The notes beneath the pieces were generated by a model. It did no database searches. It was not told the DNA's origin and saw only the letters and a list, made by a program, of their open reading frames with translations. A stretch of 38,841 nt of DNA, taken from Candidatus Eiseniibacteriota bacterium. Lineage in GTDB: Bacteria > Eisenbacteria > RBG-16-71-46. The stretch spans positions 1 to 38,841 of the forward strand of contig JBIOKD010000003.1 in the NCBI GenBank assembly GCA_044451485.1. The letters are read 5' to 3'. A program made the position numbers and the translations under genes. Positions 25,482 through 34,211 of the stretch are shown here, piece after piece. The first letter of the stretch is position 1, and every line of letters begins with the position of its first letter.

Positions 25482-26807
25482 TCAGCCCGCCAGCCACTCC
25501 GCGGCGCGGGCGAGAAACGCCTCGGAGTCGTCGAGCCCGGTCATCTCGATCCGCTCGTCGGTGATGCCGGGGATCGGGCGCTCGTGACCGGTATCGATCC
25601 ACGCGGTCTGCCACAGGGTCATGATGCGGCGGCGCACGTGTGGGAAATGGTCCCGCGCCCCGGCCGTCAGCAGCACCACCCGCTGTGCCGAGGGACGACA
25701 CACCCGGTCGGTCTCGCGCAACTGGTCGGGCAGATGCTCGGCGAGCATCTCCAGCGCCGCCGGCGCGGCCGGGAGCAACAGCCGGTGCAACGCGAACCGC
25801 ATCCCGTCCCGTCGATTGCGCTCGAGCGCCAGCTCGAGCTGTTGCGTGAACTCGTCCACCCCGAGCCAGCGCTTCTCCATGTCCGGCAGCATCGGGTAGG
25901 CCGGACCGGCGCGCTCCTTGTCTTCGCGATCCCACGACTGGCGGAGGTCGTCGAGCGTGCGCTCCCAGGTCGACCAGTCCGCCTGCTTGGGCATGGCCGC
26001 CGCGGCGAGCACGCCGTGGCGCTGCGAGGTCCGGAACGGCCACGCGCCCCAGGTCCGACCCTCACCGACACCGGCCACCTGACTCACCACCTGGGGTGTG
26101 CCGAGCTCGAGAGCGAGCGCGACCAGCCCCTTCAGCAGCGCGTCGTCGGGTCCGACCTGGACCACCATCTCGACGTGTTCCCCGCTGCCCATGTGAAGCT
26201 CGGCACGCCCGGCGCCGGTCTCATCCATCGCGTCGCGCAGTGCGTCTTCGAGATGCTGGCGATCCTCCGGGCTCGGGAAGTCATCGAGACTGGCCACCGG
26301 GAGCCGGCGCGTTTCCCGGATCTCGACGGGTGACGGCGCGGTGGGCCCGTCGACCATGTCCGGCAACGCGTGCTCCACGATGTCCGCGAAGTCGCCGCCA
26401 CCCAGACTGGTCTCGAACGCGGCCGCGTGAAGGGCGATCGGCGCCTCGACACCGGGGCCGGTCTGCTCGAAGCCGGAGCCGTCGAGGAACGCCTGTGGGG
26501 ACTGACTCGGGGTGCCGAGCGCCAGCAGGAGGCCCTCGATCTGGGTTCGGCGCGGACTCCGCTCACTCACCAGCGCGAGGTCGAAGATCTCACGGGTGAT
26601 GTCGGCGAGATCGGTGGTGCGCGGAAGTCCACACAACTCCGCCAGCCGAACCCCCGCATCGTCGCTCCGCTCCCCCGCCACCAGACGCACCGCCGCCCCT
26701 GGAGCCCGGATCAAGCGCGGCAACAGGTCGGCATCCTCCCAGTCGAAATCCACCAGGACCAGACGCCTGGGTTGATCGGAGTCGGAAACCTGCGTGTGGA
26801 TGGCCAT
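25482..26807 (-). CDS. Hypothetical signalling protein with C-terminal degenerate GGDEF-like domain
   Basis: GAGGA RBS and normal codon usage. C-terminus F..QLELALERNRRDG..FAL...LRETDRVCRPSAQRVVLL follows the GGDEF fold pattern with the active site lost. Confidence 0.7.
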   Translation of the reverse strand: MAIHTQVSDSDQPRRLVLVDFDWEDADLLPRLIRAPGAAVRLVAGERSDDAGVRLAELCGLPRTTDLADITREIFDLALVSERSPRRTQIEGLLLALGTPSQSPQAFLDGSGFEQTGPGVEAPIALHAAAFETSLGGGDFADIVEHALPDMVDGPTAPSPVEIRETRRLPVASLDDFPSPEDRQHLEDALRDAMDETGAGRAELHMGSGEHVEMVVQVGPDDALLKGLVALALELGTPQVVSQVAGVGEGRTWGAWPFRTSQRHGVLAAAAMPKQADWSTWERTLDDLRQSWDREDKERAGPAYPMLPDMEKRWLGVDEFTQQLELALERNRRDGMRFALHRLLLPAAPAALEMLAEHLPDQLRETDRVCRPSAQRVVLLTAGARDHFPHVRRRIMTLWQTAWIDTGHERPIPGITDERIEMTGLDDSEAFLARAAEWLAG

Positions 26808-26837
26808 GGGTCCTCGTGGGTCTCATCCATGTGCTTT

Positions 26838-26853
26838 TGCACGGACCATACCA
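26838..26853 (-). promoter_or_regulatory. Putative sigma54 promoter
   Basis: Bottom strand TGGTATGGTCCGTGCA (GG-N10-GC), 30 bp upstream of ATG 26807. Confidence 0.4.
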
Positions 26854-27030
26854 TCGGGTATCGGCCGCCCTGGGGCGTCCGGGGGCCAGCCTAAGCGACG
26901 ATCCTGCACTGGGGCGCGGGGATTCGTTGCATCCTGCACGTGAATCGTCTGCGCCCTGGGCCGGCCAGGGGTTGGCCGTGGGGTCGAGGGGACGGCAAAG
27001 CGCCGGGCAGCCGTGGGATGACACCTCCGA

Positions 27031-27061
27031 TGCCCGCCGTACGTCCTCAGACAGGGCCTAG
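27031..27061 (-). repeat. Copy of dispersed ~30-bp repeat
   Basis: Bottom strand CTAGGCCCTGTCTGAGGACGTACGGCGGGCA; its TAG is the stop of the PpiD-like gene. Confidence 0.6.
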
Positions 27062-30045
27062 GGTTCGGGGAGCGAGGTCCCGGCCAGGGTGACGTCGACG
27101 ACGCGCACCGGAAAGCGTTTGGCCAGCTCGGTATAGCGTTCACGGCGGCGCGTCTCGCGCAACCGCTCCCGGGTGCGTGACGCGCGCGCCGCGAGCTGAT
27201 AGGCATCGGGAGGCACGCGTTGGACCACGCGGATCATCGCCAGACCGTTCGGGAATCCGACCCAGCCGGTCGACTGCCCCACCGCGAGGGCCGCCGGTCG
27301 GTCGCCCATCCCGTAAACCAGTGAGTCCACCACCCACGGGCCACCGAGATCCGTGAGCGGCGTGCCCGGGCCGCCCAGATCCTGGTGCGAGAAGCCGCCG
27401 AACAACGCCGCGAGACTGTCGAGCGACCAGCCGCCGCGGGCCAGCGAGTCGAGCTCGGCGCGCTTGGCGCGCATCGCGCGGTCACTGGCGGACACGTTCC
27501 ACGTCTGGATCGCACGGGATTGCACATCGCCATAGGGCGGCAGCCGATCGCTGACGATGCTGTCGATCCAGGTGATGGCGTAACCAAGTCCCCGGTAGAG
27601 CTGGGTCCGCGGGTAGAGATGACCGGGCTCGACCTGTTCGAGGTTCTTGAAGAACTCGACCAGGTCGCTGGCCACCGCTTCACCCGCCGGGTGCACGTTG
27701 TCGAACACCGTGTACCCGAGACGGTGCGCGGTGACCCGGGCCTGGGCGGGGGTGTGGATCGTGCGCAACAGGCTGTCCGCCCGATCGCGTGCGACCTGGT
27801 CGATCCGCCCCTTGGCCACGGCCGAGGACACGTTCGTGTAGCAGTAGGCCAGCGGGGTGGTTTCCGGGATCATCCGTTCCATGCACTGGAGCACGTGGTA
27901 CCCCACCTCGGTGCGCACCGGACCACCGAGCTCCCCTGGCTTCAGCGAGAACGCCACGCGCTCGAACTCCGGCAACACGGTGCCACGCGCGATCAAGCCG
28001 AGCTCTCCACCGCTGGCACGACTCGCGGGATCGTCGGAATAGCGACGCGCCAGATCGGAGAAGTCCTCGCCGGCGCGGGCCCGCGCCAGCAGCGAATCCG
28101 CACGGTCATGGGCCGCCGTCAGGGCTGCGTCGCTTCCGTCACGGGGGGCCACCAGGATCTCGCGGATGCGCACCAGCTCCTTCGACGAATACTCCGCGAT
28201 GTGCTGCTGGTAGTACCGCTCCACCTCCCCGCGGGTCACCGGGACGTCGAGGACGAAGGGCATCGGTACGATCATGCGACCCATGAAGTACGCCTTGCGT
28301 TGCCGGAACTGATCCGGGTGCTCGTCGTACAACGCGCGGGCTCCACGCTCCGCCTCGGCGGTGCGCGCCAGCGAGAGCCGGCGTTCTAGCTCCGGACGCG
28401 CCTGCTCCAGGGTCGGCATGCGGCTCGCGACCACCGGACCGAGCGACGACACGATGAGACCGCGGCGGAACGCGAATACGTGCACACCCGTGTCCCAGCC
28501 ACGCCCGGCCAGCGAATCGGTGAGCGCGAGACCCGCGAGACTCGTGTCCACCCGCCCGCCCTGGGGCACCATGCCGGCATCCTGGACCCGGGTCAGCGCG
28601 CGCTCGGCCTCCGCGTCGCGACGGCCCGCCTCCCATGACTTGGCGACCCGTCGAATGGCGGTGGTCATCGCCGTGCGACGGCTCTCGTTCGCGAGCCGCC
28701 GGTAGATGTCGGAACGCACCTCCGGGTAGGACTGGGTGCGCACCGCGCCGGTGGACTGTGCGGGGCCCTCGTCCTCATCCTCGTTCATCTCGGAGAAGTC
28801 GGTGAGATGGGCCTGGTAGTAGGCCCGCATCTCCTCGTCGGTCGGCTGGTGGATCGGAAAGCTGCTCGTGTCGGCCACCCCGTAGAGCACGGAATTGGCC
28901 GGGCCACGGAGCTGGTCGCCGAGCGAGTGGTACAGGGCTTCGATGGCGCGATCGTCACGATGCGCGCGCGCGTCGCGGCGCAGCCGTTCGCGCAGCGTGG
29001 GCGCCACCTCGCGCAGCGGCGCCGGATGGACCGGCAGACGGTCGTCGAGACGGATCACCACGCGGCCCTGCTCGCCGGGATACGAGTGTGGCGCGGTCCG
29101 GCCCGGGGCGAGCGCGAACAACGTGGTGGTGTCCGAGGGACTGCCGTGCCACCACGCCGGCCAGCGCGAGCCACGGGTGATCACCGTCGACCGCACCCCG
29201 CCGAACGGGGCCGCGAGCCGCTCCAGCGACGCTCCGTCGCGAGCCGCCGCGATCAGACTGTCGGCACTGTGCTGCATGCGCCGGTCCCACGCCTCGCGTT
29301 GATCGACGCGGAACGCCAGCGATTCGGGTAGCGGCGGCTGGTCCACGAACACCACGCTGAAGTGGAACTCCGGCGGCCGCATGACCTCCGGCGAGCCGCC
29401 GCGATACTCGGCCAGCAGCTCACTCTCGGTGGGCTCGGGATAGCTCCCGTCGAAGCCGGTGCGGATGAGCGGCAGGTAGTCGACACTCGCCGTGGTGAGG
29501 GCGCGGGTGTCGATGGTCCGCACCTCGTCGTCGGTCGGCGTCACATCGCGGTCCATCTGGGCCGACAGCTTGCGTGCCCCGAACGTCGACTGGATGTCCG
29601 CCAGCATGCGCTGATAGACCGCGGGTTGCCGGGTGCGCAGATCGTCGTACTTGGCGGGATCGAAGCGCCCGTCGGTGACGAAGCGCGGATCGGCGCGCAA
29701 CATCTGCTCGGCGTCCGCGGCGGTGCCGTTGATGCCGAGTCGCTGCGCCTCGAGGATCAGGAGACGCTGGCGGATGAGCAACTCGAGCACTTGGCGGCGT
29801 GCCGTGGGCAGGTATTCCGGGGCGATGTCGGCGCCGGTCCGGTCCCGGTACTCCTTCTGCGCCAGCGCCCACCGCTGCTCGTAGACGTCACGGGTGATGA
29901 CCGTCGGGCCGACGGTCGCCACCGCCTCCTCGCTCGTCTTCGGCGCGGCCGCGGCATGCGGCTGCGGTGCGGCCGCCCAGCCCCAAGCGGTCACGATCGA
30001 CAACCCGGCGCCGAGCGCGGTTCCACGCCATACTCGCGCCATCAT
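27058..30045 (-). CDS. Large PpiD/SurA-like periplasmic chaperone / parvulin-type peptidyl-prolyl isomerase (~995 aa)
   Basis: Signal peptide; SurA_N-like VATVG...IT...VLELLI.Q.LL..EAQRLGI and F..DGRFD..KY; parvulin FSDLARRYSDD...GGELG...PEFERVAFSL.PGE...PVRTEVGYHV. Start estimated. Confidence 0.85.
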   Translation of the reverse strand: MMARVWRGTALGAGLSIVTAWGWAAAPQPHAAAAPKTSEEAVATVGPTVITRDVYEQRWALAQKEYRDRTGADIAPEYLPTARRQVLELLIRQRLLILEAQRLGINGTAADAEQMLRADPRFVTDGRFDPAKYDDLRTRQPAVYQRMLADIQSTFGARKLSAQMDRDVTPTDDEVRTIDTRALTTASVDYLPLIRTGFDGSYPEPTESELLAEYRGGSPEVMRPPEFHFSVVFVDQPPLPESLAFRVDQREAWDRRMQHSADSLIAAARDGASLERLAAPFGGVRSTVITRGSRWPAWWHGSPSDTTTLFALAPGRTAPHSYPGEQGRVVIRLDDRLPVHPAPLREVAPTLRERLRRDARAHRDDRAIEALYHSLGDQLRGPANSVLYGVADTSSFPIHQPTDEEMRAYYQAHLTDFSEMNEDEDEGPAQSTGAVRTQSYPEVRSDIYRRLANESRRTAMTTAIRRVAKSWEAGRRDAEAERALTRVQDAGMVPQGGRVDTSLAGLALTDSLAGRGWDTGVHVFAFRRGLIVSSLGPVVASRMPTLEQARPELERRLSLARTAEAERGARALYDEHPDQFRQRKAYFMGRMIVPMPFVLDVPVTRGEVERYYQQHIAEYSSKELVRIREILVAPRDGSDAALTAAHDRADSLLARARAGEDFSDLARRYSDDPASRASGGELGLIARGTVLPEFERVAFSLKPGELGGPVRTEVGYHVLQCMERMIPETTPLAYCYTNVSSAVAKGRIDQVARDRADSLLRTIHTPAQARVTAHRLGYTVFDNVHPAGEAVASDLVEFFKNLEQVEPGHLYPRTQLYRGLGYAITWIDSIVSDRLPPYGDVQSRAIQTWNVSASDRAMRAKRAELDSLARGGWSLDSLAALFGGFSHQDLGGPGTPLTDLGGPWVVDSLVYGMGDRPAALAVGQSTGWVGFPNGLAMIRVVQRVPPDAYQLAARASRTRERLRETRRRERYTELAKRFPVRVVDVTLAGTSLPEP

Positions 30046-30070
30046 CCGTCGGCGGTGCTTCCCCGTGTCC

Positions 30071-30099
30071 TTGACCGCGCCCGACACGGCCCCTAGGGT
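30071..30099 (+). promoter_or_regulatory. Putative sigma70 promoter of pgeF
   Basis: TTGACC-17 bp-TAGGGT, 10 nt before ATG 30110. Confidence 0.5.
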
Positions 30100-30109
30100 G
30101 CGTCTGCTC

Positions 30110-30916
30110 ATGTCCGAATGGTCCATCGTCCGCTCACTCGAGCCACCCCTGTGGCGCCCGGCATCCATCCCGGGCGTGATCGCCGCCTTCACCACCCGGC
30201 AGGGCGGCGTGAGCCATCCACCTTATCACGCGCTCAACCTCGGACGCTCGACACCCGACCAGCCGGAGGCGGTCGAGGCCAATCGGGTTCGCGTCCTCAC
30301 GAGCTTGGGACTCGAGCCGGCGCGGCTCGCCACCGCCGGACAGGTGCACGGGAACACCGTGACCCGGGTGAGCGCTCCGGGGCTCCACCGCGAGTGCGAC
30401 GCGCTCGTCACTCGTGCCCCCGGCCTCCCGCTCGCGGTCTCGGCCGCCGACTGTCTCCCCATCCTTTTCGTGGCGCCCGGTGCGGTCGCGGCCGCCCACG
30501 CCGGCTGGCGCGGGACCGCGGCCGGGATCCCGGTGGCGGCGCTCGAGGCGGTGTGCGACGCCGCCCAAGTCGGCGCGGCCGAAGTCAGTGTCCATCTGGG
30601 TCCGTGCATCCGCTCCTGCTGTTACGAGGTCGGCGCCGAGGTCGCCGCGCGCTTCCCGGGCATGGCGGTGCGCCGCAGCGGAGCCTCGATCCATCTGAGC
30701 ATCCCCGACGCGGCGCGTCTCCAGCTGCTGGAACGCGGGGTCCTGCCCGGGCGTGTGTTCGACACCGGCGCCTGCACCGCCTGTGAGGAGTTCTGGTACT
30801 ACTCCCACCGTCGCGACCATGGGATGACCGGGCGCCAGTGGGGGTTGATCGCGCTCGCGGACGACGGCGGGGACGGGTCCCGCCACCGGCAGCCGTCGAA
30901 CGGCCGTGAAGTATAG
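30110..30916 (+). CDS. pgeF: PgeF/YfiH-family protein (purine nucleoside phosphorylase / peptidoglycan editing factor)
   Basis: FTTRQGGVS, LNLG, QVHG, DALVT, ADCLPI, HAGWRG, GP.I..CCYEVG, CT.C...YSHRR...GR. Confidence 0.93.
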   Translation: MSEWSIVRSLEPPLWRPASIPGVIAAFTTRQGGVSHPPYHALNLGRSTPDQPEAVEANRVRVLTSLGLEPARLATAGQVHGNTVTRVSAPGLHRECDALVTRAPGLPLAVSAADCLPILFVAPGAVAAAHAGWRGTAAGIPVAALEAVCDAAQVGAAEVSVHLGPCIRSCCYEVGAEVAARFPGMAVRRSGASIHLSIPDAARLQLLERGVLPGRVFDTGACTACEEFWYYSHRRDHGMTGRQWGLIALADDGGDGSRHRQPSNGREV

Positions 30917-30951
30917 CAACTCACCCCGGCCACCCCAACATTCTGCACCGC

Positions 30952-30980
30952 TTGCCCGCCCCCGGATCGGGGTCTATCCT
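30952..30980 (+). promoter_or_regulatory. Putative sigma70 promoter of the cyclophilin gene
   Basis: TTGCCC-17 bp-TATCCT. Confidence 0.45.
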
Positions 30981-31038
30981 GCCCGGCCAGCGTGATTGGC
31001 GCTCCCCGCCGACCGTCCCACTCAACGGAGGATCTTCG

Positions 31039-31725
31039 ATGTCGAAGCGTCTGCTTGCGGTCCTGTTTGCCCTCGCCCTCGCCGCTCCGGCCGCCCGGGC
31101 CGCCACCACCACCACCACCGCCGCCAAGCCGGCTGCCGGCGAACCCATGGCGGTGGTGCTGGAGACCAGCCAGGGGCGGATCGTGGTCCAGCTGAACGAG
31201 AAGGAGGCGCCCAAGACCTGCGCGAACTTCCGCAAGCTGGTGCAGCAGGGGTTCTACGACGGCACCTATTTCCACCGCGTCATCTCCGGCTTCATGATCC
31301 AGGGCGGTGACCCGAACACCAAGGACGCCGACCCGAAGAACGACGGCATGGGTGGTCCGGGCTGGACGGTGGCGGCCGAGATCGGTCTGCCGCACGTGCG
31401 CGGCGCCATCGCCACCGCCCGTCAGGCCGACGCCGTGAATCCCAAGCGCGAGTCGAGCGGGAGCCAGTTCTTCATCGACCTGGCCGCCCTGCCCAGTCTC
31501 GATGCCGGTGGCTACACCGTGTTCGGGAAGGTGATCGAGGGCATGGACGCGGTGGACAAGATCGCCGCGTTCGCGGGCGACACGGCCCTGCCGATGGCCA
31601 ACGGCGGTGGACGGAATCCCGGCAAGAAGGCGCTCATCACCAAGGCCCGTCTGGTGCCGTTGTCCCAGGTGAAGGGTGCCGACAAGGGCGAGAAGAAGGC
31701 CCCGGCCGACAGCACGCAGCACTGA
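31039..31725 (+). CDS. ppiA: Periplasmic cyclophilin-type peptidyl-prolyl isomerase
   Basis: GGAGG RBS, signal peptide, APKT..NF, FYDGT.FHRVI.GFMIQGGDP, GSQFFI, YTVFGKVIEGM. Confidence 0.93.
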   Translation: MSKRLLAVLFALALAAPAARAATTTTTAAKPAAGEPMAVVLETSQGRIVVQLNEKEAPKTCANFRKLVQQGFYDGTYFHRVISGFMIQGGDPNTKDADPKNDGMGGPGWTVAAEIGLPHVRGAIATARQADAVNPKRESSGSQFFIDLAALPSLDAGGYTVFGKVIEGMDAVDKIAAFAGDTALPMANGGGRNPGKKALITKARLVPLSQVKGADKGEKKAPADSTQH

Positions 31726-31754
31726 GACTCCGGCGAGATCGCCACGAGACATCG

Positions 31755-31780
31755 CGGGGCGCCCGGCATCGGGCGCCCCG
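31755..31780. terminator. Hairpin between convergent genes
   Basis: CGGGGCGCCCG-gcat-CGGGCGCCCCG, perfect 11-bp stem; no U-tract. Confidence 0.5.
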
Positions 31781-31797
31781 TCCGTCATCCGGCGGGG

Positions 31798-32226
31798 TCA
31801 GACCCCGGACGGATCGAGCGGATGGAATCCCAGATCCGGGCGTTGCACGCGTCGGAGCGCGTCGGGATCGGTCACCACCTGGACCTCGCAGGTCACCGTC
31901 ACCACGCCGCGGAACAGGTGCCCGGTGTGGGCGACGAAGTCGTCACCGGCGATGACCACGTGACAGTGCGGGACCGGCTCGCCGTCCAGCTCGCTGAAAT
32001 TCCCGGTCAGCACGCCGATCTCGTGCTCGCCGTCGAATCGGCGCCGGATGTATTCCTTCGTGCCACGCACGAAGAAGCCGAGCTCGGTCTCACCCACCGA
32101 GCCCAGACCCGAGATCAGACCCGCGCGTACGCCATGATCGCGCGCGAAGGCCCGCAGCGTGGTCACGATCTCTTCGCCGGTGTCGAGTCGCACCACCCAT
32201 CCATAACGCGTCTGCTGGCATTTCAT
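31798..32226 (-). CDS. DUF296 (PPC domain) protein
   Basis: VRLDTGEEI...L, SGLGSV, EI..LTGN, PHCHV, GHL..G.V.VTCEV. ATG overlaps the upstream stop. Confidence 0.88.
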   Translation of the reverse strand: MKCQQTRYGWVVRLDTGEEIVTTLRAFARDHGVRAGLISGLGSVGETELGFFVRGTKEYIRRRFDGEHEIGVLTGNFSELDGEPVPHCHVVIAGDDFVAHTGHLFRGVVTVTCEVQVVTDPDALRRVQRPDLGFHPLDPSGV

Positions 32227-34151
32227 GCCCCGCCTCCACCGTGGACCGGCGCCGGGCTGCCGATCTCCGCCAGACCCAGCCTCGCCGCGTGAACGAAGCT
32301 GTCGGCGAGCAGCGCGATCGCGTCGCAACCGGTCTCGAGCCACACCAGGTGCGCGATCTCCCGCAGCGTGCGCCGGCCGTCGCACGCGGCCCAGCCCAGT
32401 CCGGCGAGGAGCTCCCCGTCGGGTGTGTCGAGCTCCAATCGCCGCCAGATCTCGCGCTCCGCGCGTGGCAGCGCGGTCCATCCGGGGAGCAGGTGGCGCT
32501 GGACGTGGAGTGGCGCCGCCACGTGGCGTCGCGGCACCTGTGACGCCGCCGGGTGCGCGAACGACGGCGTCCCCACGGCGAGACCCCGGGTCTCGGTGTC
32601 GGCGAAGACCGCGAACGCGCGACGCGTGTCGGCGACGGCGCCCTCGGGGATGCCGAGACGCGTGAGACTGGCCAGCGCCCGGTCACCACGCAGACGCTCG
32701 CGCGCGACCGCGCGGGCCGGATCGGCCGCACCGGCGGCCGCGAGCAGCCGCACCCGGGCCCCGCGCGCGGTGAGCCCGGCGAGCGCCTGCGCGCGATCCC
32801 CGACCGCGTCCGCGATCACACCGGCGTAGGTGGCGGCGCAACGCACGGCCAGCGCCAGGGAGACGGGATCGGTCTTGTCGGGGGTGTCCGACGAGGAGTG
32901 GTAGTAGCGGTCCGGCCATTGGATGAGCATCGGGCACGGCACCCCGACCGCGGGGTCCAGGAGTGGCACATGATCGCTGCCACCGCTGAACGGCACCTCC
33001 GCCATGCGGACCTTCGGGAACGACGCCGCCGACCCGGACGACGCCACGCCGTCGACCGCCTCGGGTCGGATCGCCGCCATCAGCTCCTCGGCGAACGACG
33101 CCGCGAAGCACGGCGGATGCTCGAGCAGGAACGTGCTGCCACAACGTTCCTGGTCCTCACCCACCATGTCGAGATTCACCGACGCGGTCAGGGCGCGGGT
33201 CCGGTCGGGGTCGGCGGCCAGCCAGGCATAGGTGCCGGTCAGCTCCGGCATCCACAGCACGCGCACCGTGCGGCCGCCCGTGGAAAGAACCCCGCGCCGA
33301 CGCAACAGCGACAGCACCCGCGCCGTCTCGAGTGCCGCCGCCACCCCCGAAGCGTTGTCGTTGGCGCACGCGAATGGATGACACAGGTGGCCCATCACCA
33401 GCACTTCACCGGTGCTCTCGCCGCGGATGCGGGTCGAGATGAGCGGAATCCGGGTCGGGAACCGCCGGGATTCGATCGACACCTCGAGCTCGGGTGTGGC
33501 ACCGCTCGCGAGCCGCACCCTCAACCGGCGCCCGACCGCGGGCGGCACCACGAACCCCCAGCCCCTCGGCTCGTCGCCCACCCACCAGAACGAGGTGTAG
33601 TTGGTGGCGCCGTCGTCGGTGTCCGCGGCACGGATCGGCGGGAACAGCCGGCGCCCGTCGGCGAGCAGACCGGCGGCACCCCGCTCGAGCACCGCCAGCT
33701 CGTGGACGCGCTGCACCGCGCCGGTGGTGAGCACCACCCGGTCGCGCACGTCCACGCCATCGTAGTGGGCATCCTCGGTGCCGTCGGCGAGCGCGATCAG
33801 CCGGTAACGACCCCGCGCCGGCACACTGCGCTGGATCACCGACAGCGGCTCGACCGAGAAGTCGCACAGCGTCCGCGTGTCGTGGTCGTCGTGGAGGATC
33901 GCGCGCGCATGAGCGCACTCCCAACCCTCGGGGAGCAAGTGCTGCCACGCGCGCGTCCGCCCGTCGCCGGCGACCATCTCCATCTCGGGCTCGAGCCCGA
34001 GCCCGGACAGCGTGCCGGTGAGCCACCGTGCCGCCTGGTCGTAACCCGGGCTCGCCTGCACCCGGTGGAAGCGCGCGAGCTCGCGCACCCACTCGTGCGC
34101 ACGCTCGCCCGAGGCCTCGGTGCGGACCGCCGCGAGCAGGGTGCGGAACAT
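32223..34151 (-). CDS. M28-like metallopeptidase (DUF4910/DUF2172 type) with PA-like insert
   Basis: HR.QASPGY, GHLCHP...ANDNASG, LWMPE..G, NLDMVG, GGSDH, YYHSS.DTP; possible C-terminal HTH (DGRRTLREIA). Confidence 0.82.
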   Translation of the reverse strand: MFRTLLAAVRTEASGERAHEWVRELARFHRVQASPGYDQAARWLTGTLSGLGLEPEMEMVAGDGRTRAWQHLLPEGWECAHARAILHDDHDTRTLCDFSVEPLSVIQRSVPARGRYRLIALADGTEDAHYDGVDVRDRVVLTTGAVQRVHELAVLERGAAGLLADGRRLFPPIRAADTDDGATNYTSFWWVGDEPRGWGFVVPPAVGRRLRVRLASGATPELEVSIESRRFPTRIPLISTRIRGESTGEVLVMGHLCHPFACANDNASGVAAALETARVLSLLRRRGVLSTGGRTVRVLWMPELTGTYAWLAADPDRTRALTASVNLDMVGEDQERCGSTFLLEHPPCFAASFAEELMAAIRPEAVDGVASSGSAASFPKVRMAEVPFSGGSDHVPLLDPAVGVPCPMLIQWPDRYYHSSSDTPDKTDPVSLALAVRCAATYAGVIADAVGDRAQALAGLTARGARVRLLAAAGAADPARAVARERLRGDRALASLTRLGIPEGAVADTRRAFAVFADTETRGLAVGTPSFAHPAASQVPRRHVAAPLHVQRHLLPGWTALPRAEREIWRRLELDTPDGELLAGLGWAACDGRRTLREIAHLVWLETGCDAIALLADSFVHAARLGLAEIGSPAPVHGGGGA

Positions 34152-34211
34152 GCCGTCTGTCTCCCCCGGCGCGCCGGCGGCGGGGTCACCGCCCGCCCCG
34201 GGCGCGACCGC

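Noticed and set aside
31102-31125. (ACC)n run in the cyclophilin gene as a phase-variation tract
   Set aside because: It is an in-frame trinucleotide repeat encoding a Thr/Ala linker after the signal peptide; slippage would not shift the frame.
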